This document shows positions 25,445 to 35,174 of a stretch of 64,000 nt of DNA, one piece after another. How positions within the stretch are numbered: the first letter of the stretch is position 1; every line of letters begins with the position of its first letter. The notes under the pieces were generated by a model that had not been told where the DNA came from, ran no database searches, and worked only from the letters and a program-made list of their open reading frames with translations. Origin of the DNA: Zygnema circumcarinatum SAG 698-1b (lineage: Eukaryota > Plantae > Zygnematophyceae). A program made the translations under genes and the position numbers. The stretch spans positions 3,196,880 through 3,260,879 of the forward strand of contig CM074810.1 of the NCBI GenBank assembly GCA_037447605.1. Reading direction: 5' to 3'.

Positions 25445-25830
25445 GCTGCTCAGGGACAGGGTTAGGGTTAGGGCTACTCAGGATTAGGGTTAGGATTAGG
25501 GCTGCTCGAGATTAGGGTTAGGGTTAGGGTTAGGGTTGCTCAGGATTAGGATGAGGGTTAAGGTTGCTCAAGATTAGTGTTAGCGTTAGGGCTATTCATG
25601 ATTAGAGTTAGGGTTAGGGCTGCTCAAAATTAGGGTTAGGGTTAGGGTTGCTCAGGATTAGGATTAAGGTTAAGGCTGCTCAAGATTAGGGTTAGGGTTA
25701 GGGTTGCTCAGGATTAGGACTAGGGTTAAGGCTGCTCAAGACTAGGGTTAGGGTTAGGGTTAGGGTTGCTCAGGATTAGGACTAGGGTTAAGGCTGCTCA
25801 AGATTAGGGTTAGGGTTAGGGCTGCAAAGG
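25445..25830. repeat. Higher-order telomere-like array: (TTAGGG)2-4 blocks punctuated by GCTGCTCAAGA / GTTGCTCAGGA
   Basis: Alternating units ggctgctcaagattagggttagggtta and gggttgctcaggattaggactagggttaa; dimer period about 55-62 bp. Confidence 0.9.
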
Positions 25831-25964
25831 ATTAGGCTGGCTTCAGGATTACGCCCCGCAGGAAATGGACAAAAAAATGTGACACGAATAGCCATTTTTT
25901 TCTCGTAAACATGAGAAGGACCAAGGCAGCAGCGAGAACCACGAGAAACCGCTCGCAAATGCCT

Positions 25965-26245
25965 AACAGCCGTTGGATATGTCAGGTCTGCAAGAGTCCA
26001 TTTTCAACCGTTGGATAACCCCGTGCCAGATATCCGGTCAGCAGCCGTTGGATATGCCACGCTTGCTGGGATGGAAAATTGACCGTTAAATAGAAACGAG
26101 CGTCATCTCTGGTTCCTGACCGTTGGATATGCGCTGGATCTCATTTCTGGTTCCTGGCCGTTGGATATGCACCAGATCTCATCACTGGTTTCTGGCCGTT
26201 GGATATGCACCAGATCTCATCTCTGGTTCTGGCCGTTGGATCGCT
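25965..26245. promoter_or_regulatory. 37-38-bp periodic CCGTTGGAT array upstream of the bromodomain gene
   Basis: Core at 25970, 26008, 26045, (26083 variant CCGTTAAAT), 26120, 26158, 26196, 26233. Confidence 0.75.
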
Positions 26246-26600
26246 GCATATTTGATTTTTGGGCTTTAAAGATGTTCATGAATATTCAGTACGATATCCG
26301 ATACGTTCCAGTATTCCCGATACACTAAGGCCACATAGGAACCCTGAATTTCACACTTGACAATATTTCAACGAATGGGGTGCTGACATGTGGCCCCTAA
26401 GGAGCCCGAAAGTCTCCCAGGTGACATTTTTCAACGAATGCCGTGCTGACACGTGGTTATTCCGATTTAGTACACTTGATATTCCGATATATCGGGATTC
26501 TTCGCGCGAGGGCGGGTGGCGGCAGGCAGCCTTCAGGAGGCAGCTGAACCCTGAACCCACTAACCCTAGTTGATGGACCGTGAGCCCGCTTCCGTACACA

Positions 26601-28031
26601 ATGGAGGAGCGCAAGCTGCGCGTGGTGCTGCGGCTGCCCAAGCGCTCGCGGAGCGACAAGGGGGGCGGGGCAGGGGCAGGGGCTGGGATAGGGTTAGGGT
26701 TAGGGTTGGAGGAGGGAGAGGAGGGAGAGAGAGAGCGAGGAGGGGAGGGAGAGGGAGAGGAAGGTGGAGGGAGGAGGAAGAGGGGGAGGGAGGAAGGAGG
26801 GGGAGAGGAAGAGGAAGGGGGAGGGAGGAGGAAGAGGGGGAGGGAGGAGGGAGGGAAGGACGAGGAGGAGGCGCTGCAGGTGAAGAAGAAGAAGAAGAAG
26901 GAGAAGAAGAGGAAGAAGAAGGAGAGAAAGGAGAAGGAGGAGGCGGGGGGGGGAGGGGGTAATGGAGGAGGCGGAGGGGAAGGAGAGAGGAGAGGGGCGG
27001 AGGGAGGGAGAGGAGGAGGGGATTGGAGAGAGGGAGGAGGAGAAGATTCGAACTCGGGCTCGAGTAAGAGCGATGAAGGCGTCAGGGTTAGGGTTAGGGT
27101 CAGGGAGGTGGAGGCTGACGAGGCGGAGGAGGAGGAGCAGCCGGTTGGGAGGAGACTGCGGCAGGTGAGGAGGGAGCGGCAGACATGATGTGGCTGAATT
27201 TTGTTTATCTCAAATTAAGGCCACCTGTTCTCCCAGTCCCCACTCTCCTCGTCCCCTTCATCTTTCTCCTCCCTCGCCCTCCCTTTTTCGCTATCCCGCC
27301 CCTACCTCTCTCTCCCACTCTCTTCTTTCTTTCTTTTTCCATCACACTCGCTCCCTCTCGTCATGTACAACCTTCTCTTTCTTTTTTGCTCCTCTCCCTT
27401 CATCCTCTGGCTCCAAATTCACTCTCTATGCTCCTCCTGCTCTCAGCCTTTTCATTGTCTCTTCCTCCCCTCTCCTCCCCACTCTCTCCCCCCTCGCTAT
27501 GTTCGAGTACGCTACTTTCGTCTCATTCATGTGGAAATTCCGCTCACTGTAATCCTGTAGCCTCTTGTGGTTCAAATGGTTACTTATTCATGCACGTCAG
27601 GATACGCTCTAACTTCATGCTCTGATTGCAGCCAAAGCCTGCATCTGAAGAAGTGCAGAGCCCTTCCTTTCGGAGTCCATCCTTGCGGAGTCCCCCTCTG
27701 CGAACTCCAACTCCAAAAAAATCTTCAAAGTCGAAGAAGGGGAAGAAAGTACAGCCCACACCGAAGACATCAAAGATTGCTTCAGGTGCTTAAATTCTCT
27801 TTCTCTTGCAACGAAAGGAACAGGCGTCGAGGGTATTACAAAATAGCCATGTGCATACGCCGAGTTTGGCGGCAGTAAACTCATGAGAGTGACGGTTTTG
27901 GCCTTTTTTTTTCTCAAGACGACAACTTGGTGGTTGATAAACTGTTAGCTGTCATCTTTAGAATGTTCTTGGTACACTGAACGTCCTCATATGCTATGAT
28001 GATAACACACGTCCTTTCGCCTCTCTCACTT

Positions 28032-28077
<46 letters not shown>

Positions 28078-31000
28078 CAAACAGAGTGATTTTAAACACG
28101 CAAGCCGTAGTTCTCCGCTTAAGTGCGAGTTCCTCTCCTGTTCTCCTGCTTGCTGCAGGAGGAAAGGTGACCTTTGAGGAGATAGGAGGGGGGGTACCCA
28201 AGAAGTCCCTTGAAGGCATTCTTGACAAGTTGCAGAAGTGAGTTTCTTCTCCTCTCACATTAAGTGGGGCTCTATTTGTTTGGAGTCTCTCCTTTGCGCA
28301 TGACGAAGCCCCATCCATGGTATCAGGAATTGTACTGAGTATCAGGTTGTCCTTTCAATGGATCAGGAAGGACACATATGGAGTGTTCGCTGAGCCAGTT
28401 GACGCCACTGTGGTAGGCTTTTTTCCTTATGTATTAGTTACTGACTCTGACCTATTTTTTTTGCGAGCATTTATTGGAACTGGAATTGGAACTGGAACTT
28501 TTTAGTTTCTTTAACTAAGCGTCCTAAGTTACTTCACCTATAAGTGGCTATAAGTGCTGACAAGGAGTTGCTTTGCAGAGTTATATAATGGTCTCAGACG
28601 AGTATGTGTTGGATGTGTGTGCACGGCAGATAACAGATTACTATGATGTGATCAAACAACCCATGGACTTCGGCACAATGCGGAAAAAACTTCATGACGG
28701 AGAATACACCAGTTGGAGTCTCTTCGAGGTGCGTTTTCAAGCGAATGAGTGCAGAGTTAATTTGAGTTATTTTTGTTTTCCTCTTTCAAAGAGCTGCTTC
28801 AACACTCAGGTCATACAGACAACACCTCACGCTGTGATTTCGAATGTACGACCAATTCTCGTCATCTTCAAGGTTTTTATGTTTCAGATTTTTTCAGTTG
28901 TCACGGTTTTTTTGGTGTAGATGACTCATCCATTGATGCCAGTTGCCGCTGTTCCATGCAGGAGCATGTGCTGCTGATCTGTAACAACGCTATGCTGTAC
29001 AACGGAGCGGCCACCATATATCACAAGCAGGCGAAAGCTATGAAGGAAATGCTGCCTCGCCTTCTTCAAGCTGCCAAAGCGACACTTGGCACGCTTTTAC
29101 AGGCTGAGGAGTCCTCCGCTACACGAGAAGCAGCCATGGCTGCCGACAGTGAGAAGGCTCGCAGACGCTCAATCAGCACCATGAAGTTGGCAGGTAGGAG
29201 GGAGGGGAGGGAGGGGGGTACAGGAGAGCGAGAAAGTGAGGGGGAGGGAGAGGGAGAGGGAGAGGGAGCGGGTGTGAGAGAGGGGGAGGGGGAGGGGGAG
29301 GGGGAGGGGGAGGGGGAGTGGGAGGGGTCGGGGATTAAAGAATAAGGTGAATTAAGGATTCGGAGGAAGGGTAAACGAGAGTGAAGGAAGGTGAGGAATG
29401 TTGTTATGAAGGGGAGGGGAAGGAAGGAGACAGGGGTAATGTTTTCGCCGGATATAAATATGCATGGCGCGTTTTCTAAAAACAAAACTTCACGGCGATT
29501 TGCTAAGTTGGAAGAGGCCCGCAGTGACAGGTTTCTGGGCCATCAGTTAGCACCTGGTTTTTGTTGGCGAAATTCCCAGATTCTCTCTCTCTCTCTCTCT
29601 CTTAAGCTCACCTCGACAACTGCCACTCGCTCGTGCAGGTGGAAAGAGCAAAACGGCAGAGCTGGATAGCTATGCCCAACAAGAGAGAGAACAGAAGGAG
29701 GATTCAGATGGCGCAGAAGTTGACGGAACGAATGAAGCTCGCGGAGATGCATGCAAGGTCACTGTCTCAACAGCAATGGAGAAGGGAGGGGGAGGGAAGG
29801 GAGGGAAATCTGTTGGTCTAAGAAGTGGTGGAGCGAGATCGAGGACTGTCGCACAAAGTAAAGCATGGGGGATGCAAGTTCTGAGTGAGAGTGCAGCAGC
29901 CATAGAGGGTGAGACAGGAGGAGGGCGAGGAGGAGTGGGAGCTGAGAGACATGCGGGAGAGGATGCGGGAGAGCATGTAGAACTTGGCAGTTCAGAGAAA
30001 CAGGGTATGTGTGTGCAGACCCATCATTCCCTTTCTAGTGGATTGGAGTTTTTCTTCTTTTACGATTAGGAATTTTTTAGCGTTTCCCCTTTTTTTTTTT
30101 TTTCCCAAAGTAAAAATATGTTGGATGAGATTTTGTGTGACTGAAATCAGAGAAAATATGACTGCAGATCTTGGAGCTGGGCGTCCTTCAAAAGCAGGAG
30201 ATGGGAAAAAGTCAGTCCTTAGTCGCAGGATGACATACAACCCTCCCTCCAAAACTCGACCCCCTCTTGCAGCTCCCGGCTGCGAATCAGGTCTTATCGC
30301 CCCGGTAAAGAATAGCCCTCTACTACTTTGCATATCAAATACTTGCACATGTTGTTTACAGGTTACACGTTTTAACATGGTTTGTCTGCTGTTATCTGTC
30401 CTCTCTCCCTCTCTCCCGCTACACAAATTAACGTGGTGTCTGCCCTTTTGTCCTCTCTCTTTCTCTTCCCCTCTTTGTCTCTCTCCCATCCTCTCTCTGT
30501 GTGTCTCTCTCACTCCCTCTATTCAGACTGGCGGTCATCTTCGCCTCGCATACGCAAAGAGCCTTGCGAATTTTGCTGCAGCTTTGAGTCCTGCAGGATG
30601 GGAGATTGCAGCAGAGAAAATCAGAATGGCGATTGGTGCGAATATACCATTTGGGAGAGGGTGGGTGGAAAAGGCACCAAATGGGGTTCTAATTCCAAAC
30701 AAGTCGCCCCCTGATGAGTCAAAACCTGCATCTTTACAAACTCCTCCATCCTCTCAATCTCTCCCTGGACACCCTCCGATGGCGGCGAGAGGAGGGTTGC
30801 AGTCTATTGTGACTCCTCTCCCTCTCTCCTCCGCTCCTACCACTCCCAACTTCCCCCTTCAGCGTCAACAGGAGATGAAGCCTGTTCTTGATAGGAGGGT
30901 TGGGTCTGCTTCTGCTGGAAGCTCTGCTCCTTCCTTTGTGACTTCTCAGCTTAGCCATGCTCCTTCTGCAAACCCCTCTCCTGCCAATGCACATTCTGCA

Positions 31001-31585
31001 AGAAACCCTACTGCTTTGCAAGCGGGGAGGTGGACTATGGCTTCACATCCTGGAAGCTCGTCAATAACTTTTTCTTCTCAAGGAAGAAGTATGGGTGCCA
31101 TGGGGATTGCTGTGGGCACCACAGGAGTGGTAGGAGATAAGAGGTTGCAAGGAGTGGGAGGTGGGGTTTCAACCACGTCCATGGCTGTGGGAGAGAGGGA
31201 GAGGGAGTGGGAGAGGGAGAGGTGGGCTGAAGGCCGACAGGGGCAGCAGGGAGTGGTAGGAGGAAAAGGGCCCTTTGGGTCTTCTTTGGGAAGGCCTACA
31301 GGCAGCCAGGATGGTGTTTCTTCTCTCACATCCCAACAACGGTATGGAGGGGCTCTAAATGGGTTGAATCTTGGGCCCCAAAAGGTGGAGGACAATCAAC
31401 TACGTGGGGGAGGGAGACAGACCCAAAATTCAACATTCCATCCACATTATGGCTTGGGACTTGACCTAAATTTGGGTCTTGGTAGTGTTGAAGAGGGTCA
31501 GGGGGCCGGGCCATTGGAGCAGTATGGGTTTGACCTGCACTTGGAGCCTCCTTTCGGGGGGGGGTTGGGAGCCCAGCGTGGGTGA
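26601..31585 (+). CDS. Bromodomain protein of the plant BRD1/BRD2/BRD13 (BRD7/9-like, SWI/SNF-associated) type
   Basis: Exons about 26601-27164, 27632-27785, 28159-28237, 28367-28412, 28630-28728, 28962-29193, 29639-30004, 30168-30304, 30362-30379 (tentative microexon), 30527-31585. Bromodomain ILDKLQKKDTYGVFAEPVD..DYYDVIKQPMDFGTMRKKL..LLICNNAMLYN..TIYHKQAK; conserved downstream block YAKSLANFAA..GWEIAAEKI..PFGRGWV. Confidence 0.9.
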
Positions 31586-32239
31586 AGAGGAGAGGGAAAT
31601 AGACTCGTTTTGAGGAATTAGGGTTGAAGTGATTCAAGTATTCATTGGGTGATTTGGGTATTCTGTCTGAGGAATGCAGCGGTCACTTCAACTTGTGTTC
31701 ACATAATGTGAACGGAATGGGTCTGCTTTTTGGACCCTAGTTGTGGGAAATAAGATGTAAAGCCAATCCTTTTGATAAAGTGATTGAGAGGCTGTAAAGT
31801 TCCAAGTTGGTTTCGCTTTCAGATTTCAACCTCAGTTTTTGTACCTCGACTTATCAATTTACAATTGTACATTGACTTTATGATGTGTTCTATCGTTTTT
31901 TGTGTTTTTACTTTTTACCTGCGTAAAATCCCATTTTGCTCGAAAACAATTTGCTCTCTGCCGAGTGCGTGTCCGACCTACATGCACATAAGAAATATAA
32001 AATATGAGCTGCACCAATGCTTGCTGCAAAGTGTAGTTCCTCCACTCACCTTCACCAAATCCTGAGTTCACCCCACGACATTTCTCCAATCAGACTTAGA
32101 TTGTATCAAACCTGGATGAATCTCCACCCCCACTACCGCCTCTCTCCCTCTCTCTCCTTCCCTTCCCTCCTCTCCTTTCCCCCTCCCTCCCTCCCTCCCT
32201 CGGCCCGGCCCCCGCCTCAAGCGCGCGAAGGAGGCGGCC

Positions 32240-33894
32240 ATGGCGGGCGTGAAGCTGCGAGCGGTAGTGCTTCTGCAGCGTGACGTGGCAGCAGCAGCGC
32301 GCTTCTATGAGGAGGGTCTCGGTCTGCAGCTTCTCCCGGCTGCCACGTTGCGGTGGGCGCAGCTTCAGGCGGGCGACGCGCGCATCACGCTGCAGCAGGT
32401 GGACAGGTGCGCGCCACGTGGCGCTTCTCCGGGTTTTCCGGGGTGCCTTCCTCCGTGTCTTTGTTAACCCCTCATCCTTAACCCTAACCCTAACCCTAAC
32501 CCTAATTCTAACCTCTAAGTTTAACCCTAATCCTAATCCTAACCCTAACCCTAACCCTAACTCTAACCCTCACCCTCACCCTCACCCTAACCCTCACCCT
32601 AACCATCATCCTCACATTCATCCTAATCCTATCCTACACCTTTAACCCTAACCCTTAACCCTTAACTTATTCCCAACCCTAACCCAACCCCAATTCCAAA
32701 CCCAAACCTAACCCTAACCCTATCCTTCACCTTAATTCTAACCCAAACTCTAACCCTAGCCCTATTCCTAACCCTAAGCTTAATTTTAATCCTAACTTTA
32801 ACCTAACCCTGAAACTTAATCCTTATCCTAACCCTGATTCTATCTCTAATCGTAAGTCTAACCCTAATCCTAAACCTAACCCGAAAACCTAACCCGAAAA
32901 CCTAATCCCAACCATGATAAAAAATGAAGCTAACAGTGATGCCTTTCCGACAGAGGTAGGCTCTAATTCATGACTAATCGCTGAACCTAATCTATAGTTC
33001 TCTTCGACATGCCCTAAGCCTAAGCCAAGCCTAATGAGTTCAATCTCATGAACTGTAATCGTAATTCCCCCAACCACCTAGAAATTCTATTCTCCGAACT
33101 GCCGTTTACTACCCTTCAAGCGTAGCCGGCAGCCCGGGACTCATCTTAACTGCAACTGGACGCATTTCTTTCTTAAAAGCTCATGATTGTATGCTTAGTG
33201 GGTTTCAGTGAAGCGCATCTCTCAAAGGGTTATTCCCCAATTCTCTCTTTTAATGTTTCGGACCTCGACTCTACGGTTTTGCGACTGCTTAAAATGGGCG
33301 CAACGCTTGACGGCCCCATCAAGCACGAGTCACGTGGCAAGGTCAGATGCGCTTTGCAGATTGCACTTAAAACGCTGCCCGACTTTTCGTTTGGTAGCAG
33401 AAAATCGCACCTGCAAAACAAAATTATGGACTCTAATTGTCTGTCTATCGTCTAATTCCCTTGCTTTATGTAGTCCTAATTTGGATCTCCACAATCAGTG
33501 TGACGGTCTCAATCATCAAGACAGCCTTTTCCCGACATGCTTTGAGTCCCTTTTTGGCAAATAGTTGCATCACTTTAGAATTTATGAAGCAAATCATAAG
33601 AGAAAAATCTGGAAACGAGGCGTCAGGCCTATTGACTCCAAGGCTTTCACTATTATGTGCATTCAGGACGTGCTGCATTTGTGAGCATGTCATCTTGGGG
33701 CAGTTTTTCCCTCACACAAGTTGGCTGTCCAAAGCCGGCCCATTATTAGCTTGTCTTGATCTGTCCTGTGGCCATGTCTGCCATTTCCAAGACGCTTTGG
33801 AGCCACATAAGGACGCCTGCTTGCACAGGTGGCAGCGCTGCGAGCTCCGGATGGGCACATGCTCGGCCTCTACGAAACCGATTCAGGATCATAA
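32240..33894 (+). CDS. Single-domain glyoxalase/bleomycin-resistance (VOC) protein, GLYI-like
   Basis: Exons 32240-32406, 33209-33341, 33829-33894: LLQRDVAAAARFYEEGLG..LRWAQL..KGYSPILSFNVSDLDSTVLRLLKMGATLDGPIKHESRGKVAALRAPDGHMLGLYE. Confidence 0.92.
32465..32905. repeat. Degenerate (CCCTAA)n interstitial telomeric array in VOC gene intron 1
   Basis: ccctaa with ccctca, tcctaa and ctctaa variants. Confidence 0.9.
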
Positions 33895-33949
33895 GACCGC
33901 GACGGTTTTGGGGGAGCCCTATGAAGCACCTTCCATTACCTCACTTTTA

Positions 33950-34235
33950 GGGTTTTCAGGGTTAGTTTGTAGCTTTTCTAGGGTTTTACCGAAGCTCCGA
34001 AGCATCAAGTGCTCTTATCAAAGTCGCCTTTACGCCTTTTGGGGTAAGGAAAGGTTTCAGGGTTTGAGGGACGAGTTTTAGGTTGTGAAAGCTAATAATG
34101 AGATCTTGATTGGTTTACTTAAGAAGTGTGTTTAGGGTTTGAGGGCTGCCTTTCATGAAGGTTTTTTAGGTTCGAAGGAACACCTTTTAGGACAGGACGA
34201 GATTTTAGGGGTTGAGGGTATTAGGGGTTGCAGGT
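33950..34235. repeat. Highly degenerate TTTAGGG/TTGAGGG-like tract 3' of the VOC gene
   Basis: Scattered ttttagggtt, tttcagggtt and tttgaggg heptamers. Confidence 0.5.
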
Positions 34236-34859
34236 AACACCTATTAAATGACTTAGAATGCATGTCCTAGCAGTAACCAGACCACACCATGTGAACATTT
34301 GTATCTTTCATTAGAGTGATTCAGGGAGTCCCTGTCCCCAAATCTCTATATCGCAACATGGTTTAACATGGCATTACAAAGATAACAACAAAACAACATC
34401 ACCATGCCAGCATGCTACCATGTTGTACACTATCAACATTAGATATGTCGAGAAATTGAACATTGACAGCTGTCTAGGCATTGTCACAACATGACTGAAC
34501 TGCTGTACAAAAATGAAGAGGCAAGAAAACTGCTGCCTGGCGATTGTCCTTCCGATGGAACACTGTCCTCCGTTTAACAGGATGGAGAACTACCCGTCAG
34601 GAGCACATGGACCCTTTTGAGGGGTCTCAATACCCACAGCTCCCACTGTGCATGTAAATAGAAGTACAGTACAATCCTCGCACCATGGAAGGAGGCTATA
34701 CATTTCCTGCACATGCAATGCAAACCCTGTTGTTAGCACCACCCAAGGGACACGTTGGAAGCTCCGACTCCTCAGAGAACCTCACCATGCATTGTTGACG
34801 TTCAGTCTAACCCTAAAACCCACTAACTATAACCGTGAAGACCTGAAAATCCTGAGACC

Positions 34860-35030
34860 TAACCCTAGCCCTAGCCCTGACCCTCCCTAACCCTAACCCT
34901 AACCCTAACCTTAACCTTAACCTTAACCCTAACCCTAACCCTAACCCTAACCCTAACCCTAACCCTAACCCTAACCCTAACCCTAACCCTAACCCTAACC
35001 CTAACCCTAACCCTAACCCTAACCCTAACC
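34860..35030. repeat. Near-perfect (CCCTAA)n array, about 24 units
   Basis: Direct read; three CCTTAA variants, with degenerate units on the left. Confidence 0.97.
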
Positions 35031-35174
35031 TTCAAAACCTAAAAACACCTCAAACCCCAAGCGAGCTCGAGAAACCCTAAAGACAGCAAACCTACCTATC
35101 ATGCAGGTTTTTTATCGCAGGTAAACTTCTAACCTGTCTTACTCCTACTAAGCACATGAAGTCCTGAAAGAGGT

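Noticed and set aside
25270-25450. Short GC-rich - strand frame (..GDTLIALVKAAAQGAEE..) beside the telomeric satellite
   Set aside because: No start codon or recognisable motif; too short to call a pseudogene.
25965-26245. CRISPR-like repeat/spacer appearance
   Set aside because: The constant part is only about 9-13 bp, the right-hand spacers are homologous to each other, there are no cas genes, and the context is eukaryotic.
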